A model generated the notes under the pieces. The model saw only the letters and a list, made by a program, of their open reading frames with translations. It searched no databases and was not told where the DNA came from. A stretch of 64,000 bases of DNA from Octopus sinensis (Eukaryota): assembly GCF_006345805.1 (NCBI RefSeq), contig NC_042999.1, forward strand, positions 154,690,001 through 154,754,000. The letters run 5' to 3'. Shown here piece by piece: positions 51,000 through 64,000 of the stretch (the first letter of the stretch is position 1; the number at the start of each line of letters is the position of its first letter). The translations under genes and the position numbers were made by a program.

Positions 51000-53300
51000 G
51001 CTAGTGACTACAGGCTTAGGACCAGAAAGATCCAGAGGCACAAGCCAATATGGAAAAGGAGGTTGTAAAAGCTCAAGGACCCCTCAAAAGTGCAGAGATT
51101 CAGAGGAGTCCTTAATGAGGCCTTTGATGAGATGAAGGAAGAGATTGAGACATATGACGTAGAGGACAATTGGAAGCTCCAATGGGACAATCTATTAAAG
51201 GCATCAGACCAAATCTGTGGTCGGAGCAAAGCCTCTGCCAGACCAAGAATGATGTGGTGGTGAAACAGTGATGTTGACAAGGCCATAAAAGAGAAGAGAC
51301 AAGTCTGGAAAGAATGGAAAAAAGCGGGTAGCAAAGAATCATATCAGAAAGATAAAAGGGAGGCTAGACATCAGGTTTATCTAGTTAGGGCTGAAGCAGA
51401 AAAGAAGAGGTTTGCCAGAGTCCTATAGAGTAAAGATCACACACACACACATATACACATGTATATACATACATTATATACATATTATAAGTGGAGGTGC
51501 GTGGCTTAGTGGTGTCAGCATCATGATCGTAAGATTGTCGTTTCGATTCCTGGACGATTGTGTTCTTGAGCAAAACACTTCATTTCACGTTGCTCTAGTC
51601 CACTCAGCTTGCAAAAATGAGTAACGCTTCGTTGAACTGGTGTCCCGTCCAGCTGGGAACACATATGCCATAGAAACCGGGAAACTCGGCCCATGAGCCT
51701 GGCTAGGCTTTAAAAGGGGTGCATTTATTTTTATTATATACATATTATACATGTGAAGTGGTCTGGATTGCCAGACAGTGTGTCAGTGAGAATTGAGATA
51801 CTGCAGGGGAGAAATGTGTGTGGATGGATAATGGTATGCTTGTACTTAGTGATGTGGACAAGAAAGAGGTGTGGAAAAGCTACTATGTAAGTCTGTTGAA
51901 TGTAGAGAATGAATGGGATAAAGAGAGTCTTTCTCATGTGAACCCAACAGAAGGACTGGCTATCCTAGGGGACAGCGGTATGCTAAATAAGGCAATTAAA
52001 AGCATGAAAACCCGGAAAGTCTGTGATCCATTCGGAATCATGGCTGAGATGCTCAAAATATCCAGTAAGGGCTAGTCACCCGCATAGTTAATCAGGTCAT
52101 TCAGGAAGATGTAGTACCCAGTGACTGGCATAGCAGCATAATTGTTAGCTGCTACAAGGGTAAGGGTGATGCTTTAGATAGAAGCAATTATTAAGCACCT
52201 GGATCAGGCGATGAAAATTATGGGGAGAGTTATTGCCCTATTAATTAGGAGCCAAATCAGTTAGGTGAAATGCAGTTCGGATTCATCTGGAGAAGTACTA
52301 CTGATGCTATTTTATAGCCAGGAAACTGCAAGGAAAGTACTTAGCTAAGAATAAACCATTATACTTAGCATTTGTTGATCTAGAGAAAGCTTTCGATAGA
52401 GTGCCCTGCTGTTGTTGTTGTTGTTGTGAAGCAACAAGACGAGTAAGAGTGATTAGGTGATAGTATAGGGCTTAGGGGTGGGAGACCCCAGACCTTGGAA
52501 AAAAAAACAATTTGGTCGTCTTGTTGTAGTCAAGGGCTCTTCATTGACGCCTGACACCACTGGGAGGTGGCCCTCAAAGTCACTGGAAATGGAGATCTCC
52601 AGGTCCAAATTCTTGAATGGCAGAATGCCCTGCTGTGTGATATGGTGAGCACTGAGGAGGCTAGGGAAAGATGAGTGGCTTGTGAAAGCTGTACAGGCCA
52701 TGTACAAAGATACTGTCAGTAAAGTGAGAGTTAACCATGAGTACAACAAAGAATTTGGTGTACAGGTAGGGTTCGTCAAGACTCAGTCCTCAATCCTCTC
52801 CTTTTCATCATTGTCCTCCAGGCCATAACAGAGTAATTCACGCATGACAGACAGCCCCTGGGAACTACTATATGCTGATGATCTTGCCCCCATAGCAAAT
52901 TACATATCAGAGCTGGAAGAGAAATTCCAGGTGTGGAAACAAAACCTGGAATCTAAGGGCCTTAAGGTTAACTTAGCAAAGACTACGGTCTTAGTAAGCA
53001 AGAAAACAGACAATATCCTACCCGCTTCAGAGGTGACTCTGTTCAATTTGCAGAAAAGGTGTTGGCAGGAACTTCATACGATGTAACAATTGCAAGCTAT
53101 GGACACACAAGAGGTGTAGTAGATTAATGGGATGGCTATCCGAGAAGATAGTTTATAAGTGTGGAAGATGCAATGGATCCATAAAAACTAGAGACTTGGG
53201 AAATTGATTCCCTCAAATGCCCTGGCAGCTCATAAGAGGCAGTAGATAATTTCTGCTACCTAGGGGACCAAATTAGTTGTGGGGGATGCACAGAGACAAT
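51000..53300 (+). mobile_element. Decayed RTE LINE fragment (interrupted by a SINE and a foreign insert)
   Basis: SPWELLYADDL..QVWKQNLESKGLKVNLAKT and other RT motifs; frameshifted. Confidence 0.85.
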
Positions 53301-53309
53301 GATAGTTAT

Positions 53310-56090
53310 TCAGCTGGACAGCTTTTCAGAACATCACTGAATGTTTTATTTGCTGTATCTTGTACCAGAAGTGACGAATTCTTGTCTGAGCATGTAGCAA
53401 AAAGTTGAATACTTGTGATAGATACATAAGTATGTGTAGTAGATATATGGGCACATGTTGCAAATGAATGAATTCTGTGGAAGACATATGGGTACATGTA
53501 GTAGATATACAGGAACATGTAACGTCTAGTTGTGTAATTGTGACAGATAAATGAGGCACGTGTTGCTGACAGTTGAATATCTTTAGCAAATATCTTTAGC
53601 AAATGTATTGGTACATGTAGCAGACAGTTGAATAATTGTGGCAGTATGGATGGAAGCACTCCATCGGTTACGACGACGAGGGTTCCGGTTGATCCGATCA
53701 ATGGAACAGCCTGCTCGTGAAATTAACGTGTAAGTGGCTGAGCACTCCACAGACACGTGCACCCTTAATGTAGTTCTCGGGGATATTCAGCGTGACACAG
53801 AGAGTGACAAGGTCGGCCCTTTGAAATACAGGTACAACAGAAACAGGAAGTAAGAGTGAGAGAAAGTTGTGGTGAAAGAGTACAGCAGGGATCACCACCA
53901 TCCCTGCCGGAGCCTCGTGGAGCTTTAGATGTTTTCGCTCAATAAACACTCACAAAGCCCAGTCTGGGAATCGAAACCGCGATCCTACGACCGCGAGTCC
54001 GCTGCCCTAACCACTGGGCCATTGCACCTCCTCTGTGGCAGTATATGAGTACATATAATAAACATATGATTACATGTATCAAATATATGGCTACATGTAG
54101 TACATATATAGGTAAATGTAGTAGATATTTAAGTGCCTTTGGTTGATAGTCAAATACCTACAGTGGATAAATGTGTATATGCAACAGGCAATTGAGCAAT
54201 TGTGGAAGACCATTGGGTACACCTGACATATATATGAGTGCATGCAGCAGGTAGCTGAAAACCTGCAGCAAATATATGGATACATATGGGAGAGAGCTGA
54301 GTACCTGCGACAGATATATGGTACATGAACAGACAGTTGAATAGCTGTGGCAGATACCTGGGTATACATAGCAAATATCAGTGCATGTAGAAAGTAGCTG
54401 AGTTGATAAATGTGGTTGGTCTTGCAAAAAAAAGAGTGGAGGCGCAATGGCCCAGTAGTTAGAGCAGCGGACTCTCGGTCGGAGGAACGCGGTTTCGATT
54501 CCCAGACCGGGCGTTGTGTGTGTTTATTGAGTGAAAACACCTAAAAGCTCCACGAGGCTCTGGCAGGGGTGGTGGCAACCCCTGTTGTACTCTTTTGCCA
54601 CAACTTTCTCTCACACTCTCTTCCTGTTTCTTGAGTAATGCTGTGATGGACTGGCGTCTTGTCCAGCTGGGGGGAACACATACGCTACAGAAACCAGGCC
54701 CATGAGCCTGGCTAGGCTTGAAAAGGGCAATGTTTATCATTTTATCATTGCTAAAATAAGGGTATATGATATGTAGCAGACAATTGAGTAGATGTGGTAG
54801 GCAATGTGACCAATATGGGTGTAGACAGCAGGTAGTTGATATATGAGGCACATGTAGTAGACAGTTGACTTGCTATGCTAGACAGTTGCATACCTGTGGT
54901 GAATATGGATACCTGGGGGGAATATTAGTATGAGCAGCAGGTAGTTGAGTATCTGTGTAGATACATGGGAAAAGTAGCAAATAATTGGGTATCTGTGGTA
55001 GATATAAATGGGTACATAAACAGACAGTTATGTAGTTGTGGCAAATAACTGAGTGCATGTTGCAATTAGTTGAGTACATGTGGCAGACATATGAGGTTCA
55101 TATAACAGTATGTTCAATAACCATGGTGGCAAATAGTTGAGTAGCTGTGGTAAATGTGACCTCATGTAGCAAATGTAGCATGCAGATGAGCACCTGTGGC
55201 AGATGTATTAGGTACATGTAGCAAAATGATCAATAACCATGGTGGCAAGTAGCTGAATAGCTGTGGTAAATGTGACCTCGTGTAGCAAATGTAGCAAGCA
55301 GATGAGCACCTGTGGCAGATGTATGAGGTACATGTAGCAAAATGTTCAATACTCTTGGTGGCAAGTAGTTAAATAGCTGTGGAAAATGTGAGTTCATGTA
55401 GCAAGTAGATGAGTACATGTAGCAGATATATGGGTGTGTGTGATAAGTAATTGTATACAAACAGTAGATGTATGAGGCACATGTAGCTGACTGTTGAGTT
55501 GTTGTGGCTAATATAGGGTACATAAAGCAGCAGCTGAATGTCTGTATCAATCAGTGTACATGTGGCTGTTATATAAGCGTTTATAGATTACATGTGTGAT
55601 GCATGTAGCTGTAAACTGAGTTTTTTGAAGCTGAAAGCTGGAATAGTTGCAGTTGACAATTAGACATGTGGTACTTGCAGATGTTGATAGCATACTCACA
55701 ATAGAACACATGCATGTCAGTGGTATACTTGTACATGTTGCTGGTATATTGCCGTAGTGAATGGTGCACTTGCAACACTCACTGATGTATTGCAGCAGTG
55801 AATGGAAGATTGCAACAGTCACTGGCATATTGCAGCAACAAATGGTGCACTTGTTGCAGTTAATTGGGTACTTACAGAGTTCATATTTGCAGAAGTCAAT
55901 AAAGAACTTGCAGAGGTCAAGGTTGTACTTACAGTGATTAATGGGGGTACTTGCAGTAGACACAGATGTGCTTGCAGCAGTGAATGAATGGGGTACTTGA
56001 AGTAGACACTGGCGTACTTTCAGCAGTGAAAGGGGTACTTGGACCGGAGAACAGGGTACCTGTAGCAGAGTACACAGATGCAAGACTGTT
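53310..56090. repeat. Highly degenerate ~20-bp-scale satellite with a ~118-bp higher-order duplication
   Basis: Recurrent acatgtagcagatatatgggt-like motifs; block aaccatggtggc...ggtacatgtagcaaaatg repeated at about 55118 and 55236. Confidence 0.65.
53648..54033 (-). mobile_element. SINE family C, full length, inserted in a degenerate satellite
   Basis: 11-bp TSD TGTGGCAGTAT at 53637-53647 and 54034-54044. Confidence 0.9.
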
Positions 56091-57131
56091 TCAAGTAACA
56101 AGTTTTCTCACTGGTCAGACAAAACTTATTTGTGTAAACTTGAGTATTCATTGTTATAGTTAATAAATTGTAAAAGATGGTTAGTTGATAGAAATGGTAA
56201 AAAGTTTGGAGAGAAAACTGTAAGAAATTTAGTTTTACCTCCTTACATTTCTGAGTTCAAATTATACTAAGCTGTACTAAGCTGTTAAAATACAAATCAA
56301 ACATATATTGGAATTCATTCATAAGTTTTGATATGAAAACACATTTGAAACTCCTACTGGTTATGTGATACAACTTCTTGCTTTAAAGTGATCTATATTA
56401 AGACCTTTCATCAAAACTCAATGTAAATTTATTACAAACACCAAATTAATAATAATGATGAACTGTTGTGTCTGTGGAGAGTCATTTTCTTTTTGTGCCT
56501 TATAATGTAACACACTCACCGGTAAAATTTCCACTTATTTCATATTTTTATTTTCCTAAAATAAAGAAAGTCTGCTTCATTATGCCAGGTCTGCCTGACA
56601 GGGTCCCATGCCAGTGGCATGTAAAAAGCACTATCTGAATGTGGCCAATGCCAGTGCCCCCTGACTGGCTCCCATGCTAGTGGCACATAAAAAGTATTAT
56701 CTGAACATGATCGATGCCAGGGTTGCTTGACTGGCTCCTGTGCAGGTGACACGTAAAAAGCACCCACTACACTCTCAGAGTGGCTAGTATTAGGAAAGGT
56801 GTCCATCTGTAGAAATATTGCCAGATCAGATTGGAGCCTGGTGCAGCCACTGGCTTTCCAGACTTCAGTCAAACCGTCCAACCCATGCCAGTGTGGAAAA
56901 CGGATGTTAAACAATGATGATGATGAGTATTAAATATTTTCCATCTTGTTATTTTGCTATTAGTCATAGGCGTAGGAGTGGCTGTGTGGTAAGTAGCTTG
57001 CTTATGAACCACATGGTTCCAGGTTCAGTCCCACTGCGTGGCATCTTGGGCAAGTGTCTTCTACTATAGCTTTGGGCCAACCAAAGCCTTGTGAGTGGAT
57101 TTGGTAGAATGGAAACTGAAAGAAGCCTGTC

Positions 57132-57194
<63 letters not shown>

Positions 57195-58170
57195 CATCAT
57201 CATCATTTAGCATCCGTTTTCCACACTAGCATGGGTTGGACGGTTTAACTGGGGTCTGTGAAGCCGGAAGGCTTCATCAGGCCTAGTCAGATTTGGCAGT
57301 GTTTCTACGGCTGGATGCCCTTCCTAACGCCAACCACTCTGTGAGTGTAGTGGGTGCTTTTTACGAGCCACCTGCACAGGTGCCAGACAGAGCTGGCAAA
57401 CGGCCATGAACGGATGGTGCTTTTACGTGCTACCGGCACGGGGGCCAGGTGAGGCTGGCAAAGGACACGAGCGGATGGTGGTTTTACGTGCCAACGGCAC
57501 GGGGGCCAGGCGAGGCTGGCAACGGACACGAACGTATGGTGTTTTTATGTGCTACCATCACAAGGGCCAGGCGAGGCTGGCAACGGACACAAGCGGGTGG
57601 TGCTTTTATGTGCCAACGGCACGGGGGCCAGGCGAGGCTGGCAACGGACAAACGATCGGATGGTTCACTTAACTACAGCCGCAATTTCCACTGATGTTGA
57701 TTTGGTTTGATTTTGACTTCTCACTGGTCTCGCCGGGTCTTCTCACGCACAGCATACTTCCATAGGTCTCGGTCTCTAGTCATTTCCTTGGTGAGACCTA
57801 AAGTTTGAAGGTCGTGCTTCACCACCTCGTCCCAGGTTTTCCTGGGTCTACCTCTTCCACAGGTTCCCTCAACTGCTAGAGCGTAGCACTTTTTCACACA
57901 ACTATCTTCACCCATTCTCGTCACATGCCCATACCAGCGCAGACGTCTCTCTTGCACACCACAACTGATGCTTCTTAGGTTCAACTTTTCTCTCAAGGTA
58001 CTTACACTCTGACGATTTTGAACACTGACATTACACATCCATCGGAGCATACTGGCTTCATTTCTTGCGAGCTTACGCATATCCTCAGCAGTCACAGCCC
58101 ATGTTTCACTACCATGTAGCATGGCTGTACGTACACATGCATCATACAGTCTGCCTTTTACTCTGAGCGC
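57195..58170 (-). mobile_element. RTE LINE 3' end with expanded 3'UTR subrepeat
   Basis: KGRLYDACVRTAMLHGSETW...RRLRWYGHV...RGRPRKTW, followed by the 3'UTR and (GAT)n tail. Confidence 0.9.
57353..57665 (+). repeat. ~5 x 61-bp tandem repeat inside an RTE 3'UTR
   Basis: gcttttacgtgccaacggcacgggggccaggcgaggctggcaacggacacgaacggatggt-like unit, period 61. Confidence 0.85.
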
Positions 58171-58874
58171 ATCAACACTGTCATCGTCGTCGGATGTCTG
58201 CTTTCCATGCTGGCATGGGTTGGACAGTTTGACTGAGAACTGGCGAGCCAGAAAGCTGCACCAGGCTCTAATTTGATTTGGCAAGGTATATGCAGCTGGA
58301 TGCCCTTTCTAATGCCAACCTCTCCAAGAGTGTAGCAGGTGCTTTTATGTGCCACTGGCACAGGAGCCATTTAGACAGTATTGGCATCAACCACGCTCGA
58401 AAGGCACTTTTATGTGCCAGCCAAGCAGCACTGGTATTAGCCACGCTTGAATGGTGCTTTTTACTTGCCACCGGTCCATATATATACATATGCACTAAGT
58501 CATTTCCACTTCAGGTAAGGAATTATTGATCTCCTTCAGATGGATCCCACAGCAGGATTTGAAAGCTTGACAATGACATATCGCTCCCTCTGCTTACAGT
58601 GTACTTCAACACGGTACCTGCTTATATCTAAATGGGCTGGGCCGATAAGAGCTCAGATTGGTTTCATAGCCAAGCTCTACTTCAACAAAGACTGCCGAGA
58701 CACTGAACAATACAACTGCAACCACAACAAAAGAAACTCTCTTGCAACAAAAAACAGCCACAGCAGGGTGGAGTTGAGTAAATTCAATTGTTCTACGCGA
58801 CGGTCCCTATCAAACAAACAATCAGTACTTCACAAGTTTTGTTACTGGTGTTATTGTAATAGAGAGTCACTTAT

Positions 58875-58911
<37 letters not shown>

Positions 58912-61900
58912 GAGACAGAATAAATAAATGCTATTAATTCCTGTTTCTCTGTTACAGCTAAAATTACAGATATATGTGTATACATGTATAGATATGTTTT
59001 ATGAGAGAGAGAGAGTAAAGACAGGCACACCCAGGATCATTCACAAGAGATATACACACACACTCTCTATTTCTCTCTCTTTCTCCACGCCCCTCTACAT
59101 TCACAAAATCTGGATTACAAATCAGAGATATTAATTTCACCAAAAACTTCAACATGGCTTGTGGTGAGATCTTCAGATTTGCTTCACTGACAATGCGGGA
59201 CATATTATCCATGGGTTTGTACCCGATACTCCTAAACTCAGCGAAGATTCCCTGACTTCTTCACAAGAGACAACTGTATGCACTGTATCAGTAGAGCTTA
59301 CTCATGTTAGCAATCAGGTTTCAAATCAGGCCTGATAAGATCAATAATAAATAAAATATATGCATACATACAAACATATATGTACGTACCGACATCTACA
59401 TGTATATATACATGCATATATAAATATATATACGTACAGGACTCCACAAGAAGACGTAAAAATCAACAGAAACGAAAACGAAAAAGCCATTTTGTTACAA
59501 CAGAAGGACAGAGACGTGGAACAAGACGAAAACGAAAACGGGAAAAACAATTACGTACAGCAGAAAAACGAAGTACAGGACATGCTGCACAAGGAAAAAT
59601 CCCCTTCATCAGCTGTCGCTAGCAGACATAGTGTGTTTCGAAGGCAAGACAGGACATGTCTGGTCATGCTAGGCCTTCCTACGAGAGAATTAAAATAAAA
59701 TAACCTCGTAGAGGGGTAAAACGAGCAAGAAAAAAATGTAACACAAAAAGGGACGTAACAAAGAACTGCACAAAAAAATACAAGAAAAAAATACAAAATT
59801 AAAGATACATGTACAAGAAAATACAAAACGAGAATTAAATTACAATACGAGAAATCAAAATAAACAAGAGAACAAACGAAAAAGATGAACGAAGGCCTTT
59901 GTTCTGGTGGGGACGAGAAGGTAACTGGCGAGCGCTGGGAAACATGACCTTAGGGCCTGAATGCAACAGGCGAAAGGATTAGCAGTGACGAAAGTGAGGA
60001 GGAGAGAGAGAGAGAGAGACAGACAGATAGAGGAAGACACACGGCTAGAGAGAAGGGTGAGGCAGAGAGAGAAAGAGAGAGGGGAAGGCAAAGCAAAGGG
60101 AGAGAATTTCGTGTCATTGTAGTAAACTGTAAAACAAACTGGGAGGAAAGAGACGGAACGAAGTGAGAATTCTAAAAATCGAAAATTCAAACGAACCCGA
60201 CGCGAAGCGCTGTCAGACAATAGTGTAATAAATAAAATATATGCATACATACAAACATATATGTACATACCGACATCTACACATATATGTATGTATGCAT
60301 TTGTGTGTTTGTGTTTGTCCCCCACCAACATTGCTTGACAACCGTTGCTGGTGTGTTTACATCCCCGTAACTTAGCAGTTCGGCAAAAGAGACCAGTAGA
60401 ATAAGTACTAGGCTTACAAAGAATAAGTCCTGGGGTCGATTTGCTCGACTAAAGGTGGTGTTCCAGCATGGCCACAGTCAAATGACTGAAACAAGTAAAA
60501 GAGAGTAAGAGAGTTGATGGAGTCAATACAAGATCAATCTCTAGTTAAAGGCTTGAATAATCATTACAAACATGTAAATGTAAATTGTTTCTTTGCCTTG
60601 CCATCACATGACAGTCGTAAACAAATGTCACCATAATGCTAGTGGTGTTATTCATATCCAATCTTCCGTGGAAACATGCCGGCCCACAGGGAAATATTAC
60701 TTGGCTTGGGAACAGGTGAGGATTGGCAACAGGATGGGCATCCAGCCATAGAAAATCTGCCTGAATGAATTCCATCTGACCAATGCAAGTATGGAAAGGA
60801 CAACAATGAAGGGAGTGGTGATGATGACAATGATGACGATGACAATGAGGAGGTGGAGGAGGATGTTAAGATGATGAATGGTCTTTGATCAAAACTGACT
60901 TGAGTGTAATTAACAACAACAGCAACAGGAGGATCACGGTTTCGATTCCCAGACTGGGCGCTGTGTGTGTTTATTGAGCAGAAATACCTAAAGCTCCATG
61001 AGGCTCCAGCAGGGTGTGGTGGCGACCCCTGTTGTACACTTTCGCTCCAACTTTCTCTCACTCTTTCTTCCTGTTTCTTGTCCCCAGCTTCCTACGCAAC
61101 CGCTGAGCCTGGATGTACATCCACCCATCCGTCAATGCTCTCAGTGTCAGGGGTTGACCTGCTTTCTCTTCTGCGGGTCTTACGAATAGCAAAGTACCAC
61201 GTTTCGGACTTCTCCCACTACAGAGGCATGATCTTGCGAGCTCTGGGACAAAGACCGCTTTGCTCAACAGCAATAGTAAACAGCAACAGCAACAGCAACA
61301 ACAACAAAAATGAAAAGAGAGTTCTAGAAACTCTAAAAAGATTCTTTCCTGATGTTACAAAACTGAAAAAAAGGTGAAACTTTGTGATATTTCAGTGTAC
61401 TTTCTAGGTTTAACTGGAAAACTGCCAAAAATTTGGCATGTATTCTTGAAAAAACTATTCCACTATCAAAGAAATACATCCTTGAACAAAGCAAACCTTG
61501 GTATTATATTTAGACCATTTTGTAATGGTAATTCCTAAGTGATAAGCCAGAAAATAGGGACAAGCTTATGGGTTTGGCTCTTTTAAGAACTTCTTTTTTC
61601 TTTGATGCCATTACTGTATGAAACTGTAGACTCTTCACAGCTGCTAGCTTGGAAATGGATGCAGTTTTTCAGTTCTAGAAATACTTAGTTCAACTAATTG
61701 CTTAACCAAGCATGCACTCAATTAGCAGCAGCAGCAGCAGCAGCAGTAGCAGCAGCAGCAGTAGCAGCCACAGTAGTAGTTGTAGCAGCAGCAACAGTAG
61801 TAGTAGCAGTCACCTCATGAATGAAAATAGGTCATGGTTTGCTAAAGAGAGCAGACACGGCAAGTTCTTTGCTAAAGAAACTAGAACATTCCAAACTATG

Positions 61901-61983
61901 TAATCACTTTACTAAACAACCGTACTACAGAATCAGTGCAGAACATAAGTTTGGAGTTTTAATGGATGCAAAGAGCAATCAAA

Positions 61984-61989
<6 letters not shown>

Positions 61990-62053
<64 letters not shown>

Positions 62054-62070
62054 TAGTAATAATCATAATC

Positions 62071-62122
<52 letters not shown>

Positions 62123-62133
62123 TAATAATAACA

Positions 62134-62211
<78 letters not shown>

Positions 62212-62215
62212 TAAT
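61990..62215 (+). repeat. Long (AAT)n microsatellite. Other tracts: (AAT)n 1840-1935, 48370-48448, 50057-50138; (AT)n 31020-31270, 36660-37120; (CA)n 50757-50845.
   Basis: Direct inspection; these tracts account for most low-complexity ORFs in the track. Confidence 0.95.
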
Positions 62216-62224
62216 AAAATAGAC

Positions 62225-64000
62225 AACCCAATGACTGGTGTAGCAGCACTATAGTCAACTGCTACAAAGGTAAAGGTGACGCTTTTGATAAAAATAATTA
62301 CAGACGTATCAAGTTGTTGGATCAGGTAATGAAGGTCATGGAGAGAGTCATAGCCCAACTAATTAGGGAGAGAGTCAGTTTAGAAGAGATGTAGTTTGGG
62401 TTTGTGCCAGGGAAAAGCACAACTGATGCTATATTTCTGGTAAGACAGCTGCAAGAGAAATACCTAGTCAAATATAAACTTCTGTACCGGGCTTTCGTTG
62501 ACATGGAGAAAGCCTTTGACAGGGTCCCCCGATCCCTTATCTGGTGGTCAAGGAGGAAACTAGGGATAAATGAATGCTTAGTGAGAGCTGTGCAAGCCAT
62601 GTACAGGGACGCTGTCAATAAGGTGAAGGTTGGCAACGAGTACAGTGAAGAATTCCGGGTAGAGGTAGGGGTCCACCAAGGTCAGTCCTCAGCCCCCTCC
62701 TATTTATCATAGTCCTCCAGGCAATATCAGAGGAATTCAAGACAAGATGCCCCTGGGAGCTCCTCTATGCTGATGACCTTGCTCTAATTGCTGAGTCACT
62801 ATCAGAACTAGCGGAGAAGTTTCGGGTGTGGAAACAAGGATTAGAATCGAAGGACCTTAGAGTCAACCTAGCTAAAACCGAAGTCCTAATAAGTAGGAAG
62901 GCAGGCAAACCACAAATCCCTTCAGGTAGTTGGCCCTGCTCAATGTGTAGAAAAGGCGTAGGTAGAAATTCTATAAGATGTACCCAGTGTAAGCTATGGA
63001 CACATAAGAGGTGCAGCAATATCAAAGGAAGATAGTTTTTGTATGTGGCAGGAGGAATAAACACTGAAAATGTGCAAAGAACAACTTCCGCCACATTCCA
63101 GGGAGAAAAACTAGAAGAAGTTGATAGCTTCCACTACCTAAGTCAGTAGCAGGGGAGGGTGCACTGAAAGTGTAGCTACAGAATAAGAATAGCCTGGGCA
63201 AATTTCAGAGAGCTCTTACCTCTGCTGGTGACAAAGGGCCTCTCGTTCAGAGTAAAAGGTAGACTGTATGATGCATGTATATGAACAGCCAAGCCACATG
63301 GCAGTGAAACATGGTCCGTGACTGCTGAAGACATGCATAAGCTTGCAAGGAATGAAGCCAGTATGCTCCGATGGATGTGTAATGTCAGTATTCATACTTG
63401 ACAGAGTGTAAGTACCTAGAGAGAAAAGTTGGACCTAAGAAGCATCAGATGTGGTGTGCAAGAGAGACGACTGTGCTGGTATGGTCATGTGGTGAGAATG
63501 GATGAGCATAGCTGAGTGAAGATGTGCCACACCCTAGCGGTTGAGGGAAACTGTGGAAGTGGTAGACCCAGGAAGACCTGGGATGAGGTGGTGAAACATG
63601 ACCTTCGAACAGTAGGCCTCACTAATGCAATGACTAGTGACCGGGACCTTTGGAAATATGCTGTGTTTGAGTAGACCCGGCAAGCCAAGTGAGACCATAA
63701 CCTCGTGGCCTATGCCAGGGGTGTAACCAGCCCACTTATGCATACCTTTCCTTCATTTGATGCTAAACTCTACTTGTGAAGACCTGTTGAGGCAAGTGAA
63801 ATCGAAATCGAAATCAAATTCGATGACTGGCATCCGTGCTAGAGGAGCTCTAAGAGCACCATCTGAGCATGATCATTGCCAGAGCAGCAAAGTGGCCTCT
63901 GTGCTGGTGGCACATAAAAAGCACCATTTGAGTGTGATCGTTACCAGCATTGCCTTACTGGCACGTGAAAAACATTCGAGTGAGGTTGTTGCCAGTGCCG
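62225..64000 (+). mobile_element. 5'-truncated RTE LINE (RT to 3'UTR), runs off the window
   Basis: GKSTTDAIFLVRQLQEKY..AFVDMEKAFDRVPR, YADD, WPCSMCRKGVGRNSIRCTQCKLWTHKRC. Confidence 0.9.

Noticed and set aside
58500-59340. Upstream SLC2A13 exons or a nested gene
   Set aside because: No PESPRW or other sugar-porter motif was found by eye on - between 50262 and 64000; the + ORFs lack recognisable homology.
59590-59670. Type II hammerhead on the - strand
   Set aside because: GAAAC..GTC and CTGATGA are present, but stem I and the 10.1-11.1 pair do not form in the required register.

Overview
Repeat-dense, AT-rich eukaryotic (animal) genomic DNA. The SINE/LINE families match those I recall from Octopus genomes, so a cephalopod origin is inferred, not proven. 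Two genes face each other. (1) A + strand gene with a single coding exon encodes a 913-aa protein with 12 C2H2 zinc fingers, mostly in doublets (15732-18473). (2) The 3' six exons of a - strand SLC2A13/HMIT-like sugar-porter gene lie at 50261 to 39003. All six exons have GT-AG boundaries and compatible phases; the 5' exons appear to lie beyond the window. The rest is RTE LINE remnants and their (GAT)n-tailed 3' ends, at least three tRNA-derived SINE families, mariner relics, a TAA-targeted Dong/R4-like element, a solo LTR, a non-autonomous Helitron, piggyBac-type MITEs, long foldbacks and microsatellites. Most notable: (a) at least five minimal type I hammerhead ribozyme motifs, one fully canonical, several in short islands within (AT)n tracts, and antisense wherever they lie in or beside a gene; (b) an 11-unit array of a retrotransposon 3' tail alternating with (TAA)n; (c) an 8-unit palindrome/(AT)n array; (d) a 72-bp near-perfect hairpin; (e) substitutions in the canonical sugar-binding residues of the transporter. 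There is no true CRISPR array, rRNA or tRNA gene. All analysis was by eye and repeat boundaries are approximate.
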